64,000 nt of DNA from Myxococcota bacterium (GTDB lineage: Bacteria > Myxococcota > Myxococcia > Myxococcales > Myxococcaceae): assembly GCA_049322255.1 (NCBI GenBank), contig JBMORE010000133.1:1-64000 (forward strand), in the 5' to 3' direction. The notes below the pieces were generated by a model. The model searched no databases and was not told where the DNA came from. It saw only the letters and a list, made by a program, of their open reading frames with translations. Below, in pieces: positions 31,179 through 39,760 of this stretch. The translations under genes and the position numbers were made by a program. Position 1 is the first letter of the stretch, and each line of letters begins with the position of its first letter.

Positions 31179-32450
31179 CTACTTTCCAAAGCGGCGATAG
31201 CTGTGCACCACGCCCTTGAGCGCCGCGGGGCTGCCGGTACGCAGATATCCCGACAGCACCAGGCCGTCTTCGGTCGTTTTCACGCGCTCCCAGACGATGC
31301 TGGGGTTGGAGGCGCTGGAGGGCAGGACCACCAAGCCCCAGGTCCCTCCGTCGAAGTAGGCGGCCCGGCTTCCCTGGTGCCCGACCGCCCACACCTCGCT
31401 GACCGAGCGCGCGCTCACCGAACGCAGCCCGAAGCCGGCGTCGAAGACCTGCTCGAAGCCGCCGTCAGGGCGTAGCTGGGCGACCATCCCGCTGTGAGAG
31501 ACGACCCACGCCTCGTTGCCGACACCGTCGATCTCCATCCACCCGTCGCCAAAGCTGTCGACGTCGACAGGCCCGGAGACCGGAGCACCGTTGGACCGGT
31601 AGATTTTCCCCAGCGCGTCGTTGCCGTTGTAGTCGCCCCCCACGACGTACTCCACCCCCGAGGCGGTGCGGTGCGCGTCGTTGAGGTACACCGAAGGGCC
31701 AAGCTGCGGGTCGGCGAGCTCGACCAGGCCGCCGGTGGGCGTCCACCGGCAGATGGTGAAGGGGTAGCCGACGAACAGCACGTCGGTCGGCGAGAACACC
31801 TCCAGCCCGTAAAACCAGGAGTTGCTCTGGCCGCCGTCCGGCTTCTGGCAGTCGCCGAATCCCGCGACGGAGAAGTCTTGCACGTAGTGCCGAATGTAGC
31901 CGCGCGTGCCGGTCCAACGGTCGGCCAGCGTGCCCTTCGAAATTTTCGCCTCGTAGGCGTCGCCGAATTCGAAGGAGCGATTGACCTCGGTGAGCCCGCC
32001 GTCGACCTTGGTGTACTCGAAGAGGTCGTAGTCTGCGATCGCGGAGAGCGGGTCGATGTCGTAGCTGGTGTACACCTGGTAGCGGTCCACCGACTCGGCG
32101 ACGATGCCGGGCGCCACCGACCAGTAAGAGTACATGTACGAGGCGCGCGACAGCTCCACCGCGTCGACCGGGCAGAGGAAAGACGGACAGCCGGCATCGG
32201 ACGTTCCCGCGTCGGTGGCGCCTCCGTCTTCTCGAGGGCCGGCATCTTCAACCGAGCCGGCGTCGTTGCCCAAGTCTCCGCCGTCGCTTTTGCTGTCGCC
32301 TCCGCCGTCTCCACCTCCGCCGTCCGCCAGCGCGTCACAGCGCCCGCCACTGCAGTAGCCCTGGTACGCAGCGTCGAAATCGAAGCAGGCGGACAGCGCC
32401 ACGGCGCAAAGGCACAACACCGTGATGCGCGTCGTGACGACTCTGTTCAC
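31179..32450 (-). CDS. Hypothetical lipoprotein with a D/G-rich linker and a beta-propeller-like C-terminal region
   Basis: Lipobox LSAC, DGG/DAG linker and VWAVG-type repeats. Confidence 0.7.
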   Translation of the reverse strand: MNRVVTTRITVLCLCAVALSACFDFDAAYQGYCSGGRCDALADGGGGDGGGDSKSDGGDLGNDAGSVEDAGPREDGGATDAGTSDAGCPSFLCPVDAVELSRASYMYSYWSVAPGIVAESVDRYQVYTSYDIDPLSAIADYDLFEYTKVDGGLTEVNRSFEFGDAYEAKISKGTLADRWTGTRGYIRHYVQDFSVAGFGDCQKPDGGQSNSWFYGLEVFSPTDVLFVGYPFTICRWTPTGGLVELADPQLGPSVYLNDAHRTASGVEYVVGGDYNGNDALGKIYRSNGAPVSGPVDVDSFGDGWMEIDGVGNEAWVVSHSGMVAQLRPDGGFEQVFDAGFGLRSVSARSVSEVWAVGHQGSRAAYFDGGTWGLVVLPSSASNPSIVWERVKTTEDGLVLSGYLRTGSPAALKGVVHSYRRFGK

Positions 32451-32466
32451 GGAACGGACGCTAACC

Positions 32467-33369
32467 TCAAAGACCTGCCACCGTCACGCAATCGGAAGCC
32501 AGGCCGACCTCCACCCCACCGGGCCAGCTCTGATAAGCGTGGGTGACGTTGAACGCTGTGTCCCAGCACTCGACGGCGGTGGCCCCGGCGAAGTTGCCCT
32601 GGAGCACTTCGACGTCGGCGCGGCCCGCTCCCGAGGAGAGCCACTTGCTGGTGACGAGCATCTCCAGCACGTCGGGGTGGGTGCCCTTGCCCTGAAAGCG
32701 AATCGACCCGGAGCGGTCGGCGTTCTCGCGGTAGGTGTAGCCGACCGAGCTCAGGTTCTGTTCGTTGCCCGAGGCGAAGGTGAAGAGCATCTCCACGCGA
32801 AGGGGGTTCAAATCGGTGAGGTAATCAATCTCCAGGGTGTCGAGGGCGGCGCTCTGTGGGTCGTCGATGCCGATCGATCGCCCCGCCCGGAAAGAGAGCT
32901 CGATGTGCCCGCGGCCCTTGGTGAGCTGGGCGGCCGACCGGAGGTTGCCGGTGAGCAGCGCGGTCCACGCGCTTTGTGTCTGCGGTCTGGCCTCGATGAC
33001 GAAGAGAAAGGTCTCCTCGTCGATCTTGGTCATCACGATACGTGCCTCGACGCCGGGGTGCTTTTCGTCGGGGAAGGGGCCCCAGGTGCGCCGGTTCGCC
33101 TCCCGCCGGGTGGGAGGTACCTGGCGGACGAGCTCCGCCAGCCCGAGAATGCGGTCGAGCAGCCCGTTGAAGTCGTTCGAGGCTTTGCGGGTGTCGGTGT
33201 ACGCCTTGGACGGCTCACCTCCCAGGCCGCTCTGGCTGCCGTCCACCGGCAGCTTGGAGGCGAGGTCGGCCTTCGCCGGCAGGGCGTTGACGAACTCGAT
33301 GTCCTGGTTCGACCAGTTGCCCCCGCAGGCGGCGAGGAGGACGGCGCAGACGAAAGGGACGCGGCGCAT
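32467..33369 (-). CDS. Lipoprotein, paralogue of 36433-37410
   Basis: Lipobox LAAC. Shared motifs WGP, GAGRADV and ECWD. Confidence 0.8.
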   Translation of the reverse strand: MRRVPFVCAVLLAACGGNWSNQDIEFVNALPAKADLASKLPVDGSQSGLGGEPSKAYTDTRKASNDFNGLLDRILGLAELVRQVPPTRREANRRTWGPFPDEKHPGVEARIVMTKIDEETFLFVIEARPQTQSAWTALLTGNLRSAAQLTKGRGHIELSFRAGRSIGIDDPQSAALDTLEIDYLTDLNPLRVEMLFTFASGNEQNLSSVGYTYRENADRSGSIRFQGKGTHPDVLEMLVTSKWLSSGAGRADVEVLQGNFAGATAVECWDTAFNVTHAYQSWPGGVEVGLASDCVTVAGL

Positions 33370-33378
33370 GGAAGACTC

Positions 33379-35025
33379 CTAAAGCTCGTAGCTCAAGAGC
33401 GTGCCGAGCTCGAGGTAACCGAAGTTCCTCGTCTCGTCGATGTTGTACAGGAGATAGTGCAAGCGGGCGCGGCCGGTGAGGCCGAAGCGCTGGGTGAGGC
33501 GCCACTTCACCCCGGCCAAAAGGCCGGGGCTCAAGGTGTAGAAGACTTGGCGGGGGAGGCGAGCGCCAGGGAAGTCGCGCGACATCAAGTGAATACCCAG
33601 GCGGCCGCCGACGAAGGGCACCCAGGAGCCCTCCGGCCACTCGGCAAGGAGCGAGCCGCCCACCGAGAGTTGCGAGTAGCGGTAGGGCAACTCCTGCACG
33701 CTACCCACCGAAAGCCGCCCGCTACTCCCCCCCAGGAGCACGTCCCCCCCCAGCGACCAGCCGCGGCCGAAGAAGTTGTGTGACAGCGCCTCCAGGCCGA
33801 CGAGCGTCGCCGAGGGGAACAGCCCGCCGCTGCTCGACGGCGCATCGAAGACCGCCTGGAAGGTGCCGGTGACGCCCAAGCTCAAGTGCTGCGCGTAGAG
33901 AAGGCTGCGCTCCGGCCCTTTCATCGGGTCGTCGGCGAAGGCCACGTCTCGTAACGAGCCCTCGTCGACTCGCACCACCTTCCCGGCGCCGACCTCCACC
34001 TTGCCCACCCGCAGCCGGTCGGCGAGCCGGCGCTTGAGGAAGTAAGTGCCGGGGCTGAGCGCGATGCGTCGCTCGGCGCCCGCGGCCTTCACCACCTCGG
34101 CGCTCATGAAGCCCCGCTCGTCGACCACGTAGTAGGAGCCCGCGGGGGCCTCGGCGGGGAAGAGGAGCCCCTCGCGGCGCTCGGCCACGTCGGTGAGCAC
34201 CACGTCTCCGTTGCCTGCCAGGTCGTAGCTGAAGGTGGGGTGCTGCGCGCCCGCGGCGCTCTCGGCGGTGTCCGCCACGGTGCGGTCGTAGGCGTAGGCG
34301 TACGCTTCGGAGAGGCTCACCCGGCCATCGCCCGAACGGTCGGCGTCGCCGAGCATCGCGCTCGCCAGGTGGTGGGAAAAGTAACTGCCCCCGATGAGGT
34401 CGGACTCCTGCGAGTCCTCGTCGGCGGCGCTGGAAGTGAGAATGACCAGACCCTTGGCGGCGCGGGTGGCGTCCGACTCCACCTCGAACGCCGGTGCACG
34501 CCGTACCCCTTTGGTGCGGGTGAGACCGCCCGAGCGGCACGCATCGAACACGGCGATGCGAACGTCCGCCGGCGCTTGTGCCAGCCGGCCCTTGAGCGCT
34601 TCGAAGGGCAGCTTGCTCCTTCCCAACCGCAAGGCGCCGTCCTTGGCGTGGCCGGAGTAGTAGACGAGGAGCGCCGTGCGTTCACCGCGGCGGGCGGCGT
34701 CGCGCGCCTTTCGCTCCAGCTCCCCCAGCGCGAGGAGAAAGTCCTCCGCGGCGGCGTTGAGCAGGAGCGAGGCATCTTCGGGGCGCACCCCACCCAGCCG
34801 GGTGAGGATGTCGTGAATCTTCCGCGCGTCGTCACGAGCGTAGAGCAGGGGGCGGGTCCCTTCGCCGCCGTCGTCGTTGCCGGCGACCAGGGCGAAGCGG
34901 TGCAGGGGTCCCTGCGCGTGGGCGGGCGCACAGAGGAGCACCAGCCCAACGGCGAGAAAGAGGCCCCCTCTCTCTCTGGGAGAGGGTCGGGGTGAGGGGC
35001 AAATCTTCAAACTACCGCCCCTCAC
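33379..35025 (-). CDS. Exported caspase-family (peptidase C14) protein with a probable C-terminal beta-barrel
   Basis: RFALVAGN, His in YYSGHA, Cys in FDACRSG and QHPTF. Signal peptide ...LLCAPAHA, and an amphipathic beta-strand C-terminus ending SYEL. The exact start is uncertain because it lies in repeats. Confidence 0.9.
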   Translation of the reverse strand: MRGGSLKICPSPRPSPRERGGLFLAVGLVLLCAPAHAQGPLHRFALVAGNDDGGEGTRPLLYARDDARKIHDILTRLGGVRPEDASLLLNAAAEDFLLALGELERKARDAARRGERTALLVYYSGHAKDGALRLGRSKLPFEALKGRLAQAPADVRIAVFDACRSGGLTRTKGVRRAPAFEVESDATRAAKGLVILTSSAADEDSQESDLIGGSYFSHHLASAMLGDADRSGDGRVSLSEAYAYAYDRTVADTAESAAGAQHPTFSYDLAGNGDVVLTDVAERREGLLFPAEAPAGSYYVVDERGFMSAEVVKAAGAERRIALSPGTYFLKRRLADRLRVGKVEVGAGKVVRVDEGSLRDVAFADDPMKGPERSLLYAQHLSLGVTGTFQAVFDAPSSSGGLFPSATLVGLEALSHNFFGRGWSLGGDVLLGGSSGRLSVGSVQELPYRYSQLSVGGSLLAEWPEGSWVPFVGGRLGIHLMSRDFPGARLPRQVFYTLSPGLLAGVKWRLTQRFGLTGRARLHYLLYNIDETRNFGYLELGTLLSYEL

Positions 35026-35052
35026 CCTTTCCCTCTCCCAGAGGGAGAGGGG
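34965..35052. repeat. Inverted pair of BoxC/REP-like elements (copies 5 and 6)
   Basis: Copies at 34965-34999 (minus orientation) and 35018-35052 (plus orientation), at the anti-sigma/caspase junction. Confidence 0.85.
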
Positions 35053-35815
35053 ATTTGAGGAACATGCGGTGGAACTGCTCTCCCGGGACGTCGATGCGCT
35101 TCACCTTCGACAGGTCGCCTTTTGCCTGCTCGAAGGCCTTCCGGGTCGCGCGCAAGACCGCCTCGACCTCCAGTGGCTCGTCGCTCAAGACGACGATGAG
35201 CTGCTCGCTGCCTGGGCCGACGAATTCGAAGCTGCCCGGAAGGTACTGGGTGCCGCCGCCCAGGGCAGGAAGGCTTGGGCCCGCCTCGGGGTAGACGGGG
35301 CTGACCTCGCCGCGATCGTCGATCGCCACGGCCAAGACGAAGCGCCGCTCCCCGGCCTGGTACCCGATGCGCACCCGCTCCCCGGGCCCAAGCAGCTCCG
35401 CTGTCCCGGCGGCGGTGACCCGGGTGGGCGCACCTTCGGGCCCGCCCACGACCACGTCGATGCCCGCGCCGCCCTTGGTGCGGTTGGGCCTAAGCTGGTT
35501 GTTGTCGATGAGCGACTGCGCGGCCACGGTGAGCACCGCCGCGGCCGCCAGCCCCATCACCGGGTAGAGCCACCGCGCACGGGGGCCCTCCAGCCCGCGG
35601 GGAGCGCGCTGGGCCCGCTCGACGCCGGCGGCGAAGCGCTCGAAGGAAATCTCCTTCTCGAAGCGGCGCTGCTCGTCCTCGATGGCCTTGAGCTTGGAAC
35701 GGCAGACGCCGCACTCGTGGGCATGCGCCTGCGCGTGTGTGGCGTCGTCTCCCCCAAGCTCTCCGGCGAACAGGCGCCGCAGCTCGAGCTCTCCCAGGTG
35801 GGTTTGTGGTGTCAT
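35012..35815 (-). CDS. ZAS anti-sigma factor with a TM helix and a DUF4384-like periplasmic domain
   Basis: HAHECGVC matches HxxxCxxC. TM segment WLYPVMGLAAAAVLTVAA, then LGPGERVRIGY..AIDDRGEVSPVYP. The ATG overlaps the sigma stop. Confidence 0.85.
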   Translation of the reverse strand: MTPQTHLGELELRRLFAGELGGDDATHAQAHAHECGVCRSKLKAIEDEQRRFEKEISFERFAAGVERAQRAPRGLEGPRARWLYPVMGLAAAAVLTVAAQSLIDNNQLRPNRTKGGAGIDVVVGGPEGAPTRVTAAGTAELLGPGERVRIGYQAGERRFVLAVAIDDRGEVSPVYPEAGPSLPALGGGTQYLPGSFEFVGPGSEQLIVVLSDEPLEVEAVLRATRKAFEQAKGDLSKVKRIDVPGEQFHRMFLKSPLPLGEGKGEGR

Positions 35816-36339
35816 GGCAACAACTCCTGTCCGCTGGCGGCGGCGAACGCCAACAGTCGTTTGCGAATGGTCGGCACGCTGCGCTGCAGGAGTTGGGCGA
35901 CCTCCTCCAACGTCATCTCGTCGAGGTGGTAGTGAATCACCGCCGCTTGTGTTTCGCGGTCGAAGCGGGAGAGCAGCTTGCGCACCGCGTCTCGGGTCTC
36001 CAGCACCGCGGGACCGCCGTGGCTCGAAGGCATGCTCTTCTCCTGAGCCTCGAAGCGGTCTTTCCACCCGGCCTTCTGTGAGCGCAAAAGGTTCAGGCAG
36101 TGGTGGGTGGCGATTTTGGTCAACCAGGTGAGTGGCGAGGCCTCGGCGCGAAAGGCGCTCCAGTGGGTGAGCGCCTTGGCGAAGACGTCTTGCATCGCGT
36201 CCTCCGCCGCCGTCGGGTCCTTGAGCAGGTAGCAGCAACGGCCGTACACGCTGCCTCCGTACTTTCCGTACAGCTCGCGCAGGCTGGCGCGGACATCGGG
36301 TCTACCCCCTTCGAGGACCTCCAGCGCGGGGTGGCTCAT
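35812..36339 (-). CDS. ECF RNA polymerase sigma factor
   Basis: Region 2 AEDAMQDVF..TWLTKIATHHCLN. Region 4 MTLEEVAQLLQRSVPTIRKRL. Confidence 0.93.
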   Translation of the reverse strand: MSHPALEVLEGGRPDVRASLRELYGKYGGSVYGRCCYLLKDPTAAEDAMQDVFAKALTHWSAFRAEASPLTWLTKIATHHCLNLLRSQKAGWKDRFEAQEKSMPSSHGGPAVLETRDAVRKLLSRFDRETQAAVIHYHLDEMTLEEVAQLLQRSVPTIRKRLLAFAAASGQELLP

Positions 36340-36344
36340 CGGCT

Positions 36345-36400
36345 ACGCGCTCCCCTCACCCAAACCCTCTCCCAGCGGGAGAGGGGTAAAGGGAGCGCGT
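36345..36400 (+). repeat. BoxC/REP-like element, copy 7, with extended flanking arms
   Basis: Core at 36352-36386, enclosed by the inverted repeat ACGCGCTCCC / GGGAGCGCGT. Confidence 0.85.
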
Positions 36401-36432
36401 GGGCCAAAAGGGTGCATCGTCTCAATCGTCTC

Positions 36433-37410
36433 TTACAGGGACAGGGAAGAGTACTCCGCGGTGGCGAAGGCGCAGACGCTCTCCACCCCGTAGTTGAGGC
36501 TGGGGGCGAAGGAGGCGTTGACATAGCGGCTGGCGAAGTTCTCGTCCCAGCACTCGCTGGCGGTGGCGCCGCCCGAGGGAATGTCGCCACCCACCGCCTT
36601 CACGTCGGCGCGGCCCGCCCCCTGCTGGGTCCAGCGGCTGCGAATGGTAGCCACCTCGAGCGCCGGTTTGGCCGGGTCGTTGTCGAGGTTCTTGATGATC
36701 TTGAAGTCGAAGGAGCCGCCCGCGGCAGGGGTGGAGAGGTAGCGGTAGCTGGCGTCGACCCGGCTGCCGGTCTCCTCGTCCTTCACCTGCTTGAACTCCA
36801 CGTCGATGCGAATGTCCGCGCTGGCCGAGAGGCGCGAGTAGGTGAACTCCGCCGAGCCGATCTCCTTGCCGTGCTCCGGCAGGGTGGCCGCGGCGTCCCA
36901 GTCGAGCAGGAAGGTGCCGTTGCCGTAGTTTTCCTGCGGGTTCCCCGCGGCGTCGGCGGCGACTTTGTGCGCGCCCGAGAGAATGACCACGTACGCATCA
37001 TCACCCGCGTTCTTGCCCTTCCCCTCCAGGGTGTAGCTGTAGTCGTTCTCGGCGTTCTTGATCACCGTGAACTTGTAGGTGTTGGGCGAAAGCGCGTCGG
37101 TGTGCGGGCCCCACACCGCGGTGTTTTCGCGCACCGAGGTCGGGGGGTTGTTGACGATCGCCTTCACCAGCCCCAGCACCGCCACCGTGCCGGCGTTGAT
37201 CACCACCGTGACGCCCCGGGTGAGGGTGTAGAAGCCGGCGCGCTCTCCCTCCAGCCCGTCCTGTCGCGACGAGAGTGCCTGTCCGCTCGATGAGGGAACG
37301 TTCACCGCCACGTCCTTCGCCTGGGGAACTCCCTTGCGGAAGGTGTCGGCCCTGTCCACACCGCAGGCGGTCATCAGCACCGCGGTGGCTACTGCGAGAA
37401 TGCGCGTCAT
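36433..37410 (-). CDS. Lipoprotein, first gene of the ECF/caspase operon
   Basis: RBS AAGGAGA, MTRILAVATAVLMTAC lipobox, and motifs WGP, GAGRADV and ECWD. Confidence 0.85.
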   Translation of the reverse strand: MTRILAVATAVLMTACGVDRADTFRKGVPQAKDVAVNVPSSSGQALSSRQDGLEGERAGFYTLTRGVTVVINAGTVAVLGLVKAIVNNPPTSVRENTAVWGPHTDALSPNTYKFTVIKNAENDYSYTLEGKGKNAGDDAYVVILSGAHKVAADAAGNPQENYGNGTFLLDWDAAATLPEHGKEIGSAEFTYSRLSASADIRIDVEFKQVKDEETGSRVDASYRYLSTPAAGGSFDFKIIKNLDNDPAKPALEVATIRSRWTQQGAGRADVKAVGGDIPSGGATASECWDENFASRYVNASFAPSLNYGVESVCAFATAEYSSLSL

Positions 37411-37536
37411 GGTCTCTCCTTGAAGAAACGGCTTTGCCGGCCTCGTGCCGAAGGTTTCGCTGCAATGGACCCAGCGGCGGCCCAAAGTTGAAAGGGCGGG
37501 GAAAACCCGAGTCAAGCCCAGCGTTTGGAGATACTT

Positions 37537-39675
37537 CTACCGCCCCAACGTCCAGCGCTGGGCGTTGAGGCCGTCGGAGAGGCCCACCTCGAAGTGGCCT
37601 CCTTCGGGCAACCCGGCCGTCGGCAGCTCCAGCCGCCCGCCCTGCGCGTAGAGGGTGAGGGTGGTGCGGAATTCTCCCACATGGGCCACCATCGCATAGG
37701 GGAGCACCGCCGCATCCCACTGCACGCGAAGGCGGTCGCCCAGATGGCGCACCGAAGGCGAAGCCGCCGAGCGAAGCGGCACCGCCTCACGGCGCAAGAG
37801 CCGCCGGCCCGCACGGTGGATTTCCAGGGCGCGCACGTCCCCCACATCCGGCACCACCAAGCTGAAGAAAGCCTCGTCGACGTCGGCGACGCGCTGGGTG
37901 GCGAAGCCGTGCTCGGTGACACCGTGCGCGGTGAACAGGCGCAGCACGTACGGCCCTTCCTCGAAGGGGAACGGCGCCCCGGTGAAGCGTTGCAAAGGCT
38001 TCAAGGAGACGCCTTTGGCGTCGATGCGGCCGGCGATGAGCAACTGGGGCTGCGAGCCGCCGATGACATAGGCCTGCGGCGGCCGCTGCTCCAGGCGGGC
38101 CTGCGCGCCCTGATAGCTGTAGTCGGACACCCAGACGGGGTCGCAGTACGACATCACGTCATAGACGGAGCGGCTGGGGTCGATGAGCTGCTGGGTGGCG
38201 GGGTTGAAGCCCCAGGAGCCGATGCGGGCCCCGGGGTAAGGGTAGGCCGGGTCGCCCTGGGTGTTGCAGGGGGCATGGTCGCGGTCGAAGTTGTGACCCA
38301 GCTCGTGAACCATGGTGTCGATGGAGTCGTCACGGCCGGTGGCGACGGGAAAGCCGAGCATGCCGATGCCGGCGACACCGCTGAAGAAATTCACCTGCAC
38401 GAAGCCGTAGTAGTGGCGGCGGCTGCCGTCGGCCTGGCGCACCGAGGCGAGCTCGGTCAACAAGTCGCTCCAGCCCTGCGCGGAGAAGGCGGTGATTTGC
38501 CCCGAGAAGGTATACGGGGCGCGGGTGGTGGACTGGGTGCTGTGCAGCGGCCAGAACTGCCACAGCCGCGGGGCGAAGTTGGAGGGCACCCGGCCGGTGA
38601 GCCCCTGCTGAACGACGGGCACCGCGGTCAGATGGAGCACCGTGGCCGCGCCCACCAGCACCGGCTGGGTGCGCACGTTGTTCGCCTCGTCGGTCTCCGC
38701 CAGCGCGTTGGCCGGGTCGACGGTGACGGTGACGCTCGCGTTGGGTACCAGCCAAGCGTCGGGCACCTGGGCGGCGAAGGCCTGGGTCATGTCCTCGGTG
38801 GTGGGAAAGCTCGCCGGCCCGGCGAGGTCGAGCACGCCCAGGGAGGTCGTACCCAGGGTGGCCTCGGCGCGCACCGTGGTGACCGGCACGTTCGGCTGGT
38901 CGGAGACCACCAGCACGCGCAGCTGCGCCGGCTTGCCGGGGATGAGCTTCAAGTCCGGCTTCACCACCGTCTGTGCCCAATCGACGCGGGCCAGCCGCAG
39001 GTCGACTCGGAATTGCGGCTCGGCCGTCACCACCGTGGCCTTCTGCGCGGTGCCCCCGAAGGCGTCGCGCACCACCAGCGACACGTCGTAGGTGCCCACG
39101 GTGTCGAAAGTCACCTGGGCAGGGGTGCTCGAGGAGCAGCCATTCACCGTCAGGTCGATTTTTCCATCGGTGTTGGTGTCCACCAGGCAGGTGAGGGGGT
39201 GGCTCTCCGGGTCGGAGATCGACCAACGCAAGGTGGTGGTGAAGGGAACCTGCCCGCGCTCCGGCTCGGCGACGAACACCGCGATGGCCGGAGCCTCGTT
39301 GTGGGCCAACACGGTGACGGTGGTGGCCTTCTCGCGGTAGGCGCCGTCGCTGTTGGTGGCGGTCAGCTTGACGGGAAAGGTGCCCGCGCTGCCGAAGGTG
39401 TGCGTCTGCAAAGAGAAGAGGCCACAGTTGGGCAGCGTGTACTCGGCCGCCCCGTCGCCGTTCACGTCCAGCGAGCAGGTCACCGGCTTGTTGGCGGCCT
39501 CACGCACAAAAAAGGTGCAGGTGGAGAGCATCGGTACCGCGCCCGCCGCGGGCGTGCAGGAGAAGGCCTCGATGCGCGGGCCCGCGGGGTCGTCGTCGGC
39601 GAGAGGGCGCCCCGAGCCCGAGCCGCAACCCCACGAAAGGAGGGTGAGCAAGACGACGGGCAGGTTGAACCGCAT
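37537..39675 (-). CDS. Lipoprotein zinc metalloprotease (M66-like) with PKD-like and CARDB-like domains
   Basis: HELGHNFDRDHAPC (HExxHxxxxxH), Met-turn DVMSYC, two PKD-like repeats and VDPANALAETDEANN. Confidence 0.82.
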   Translation of the reverse strand: MRFNLPVVLLTLLSWGCGSGSGRPLADDDPAGPRIEAFSCTPAAGAVPMLSTCTFFVREAANKPVTCSLDVNGDGAAEYTLPNCGLFSLQTHTFGSAGTFPVKLTATNSDGAYREKATTVTVLAHNEAPAIAVFVAEPERGQVPFTTTLRWSISDPESHPLTCLVDTNTDGKIDLTVNGCSSSTPAQVTFDTVGTYDVSLVVRDAFGGTAQKATVVTAEPQFRVDLRLARVDWAQTVVKPDLKLIPGKPAQLRVLVVSDQPNVPVTTVRAEATLGTTSLGVLDLAGPASFPTTEDMTQAFAAQVPDAWLVPNASVTVTVDPANALAETDEANNVRTQPVLVGAATVLHLTAVPVVQQGLTGRVPSNFAPRLWQFWPLHSTQSTTRAPYTFSGQITAFSAQGWSDLLTELASVRQADGSRRHYYGFVQVNFFSGVAGIGMLGFPVATGRDDSIDTMVHELGHNFDRDHAPCNTQGDPAYPYPGARIGSWGFNPATQQLIDPSRSVYDVMSYCDPVWVSDYSYQGAQARLEQRPPQAYVIGGSQPQLLIAGRIDAKGVSLKPLQRFTGAPFPFEEGPYVLRLFTAHGVTEHGFATQRVADVDEAFFSLVVPDVGDVRALEIHRAGRRLLRREAVPLRSAASPSVRHLGDRLRVQWDAAVLPYAMVAHVGEFRTTLTLYAQGGRLELPTAGLPEGGHFEVGLSDGLNAQRWTLGR

Positions 39676-39760
39676 CAGACACCCCTACGAAGGCCGGCCG
39701 GGAAGCTCTCCTAACAAGGAGGCGCAACGGGGAGCAAGCCGTCCCGGCTCGCCTTTTCGG

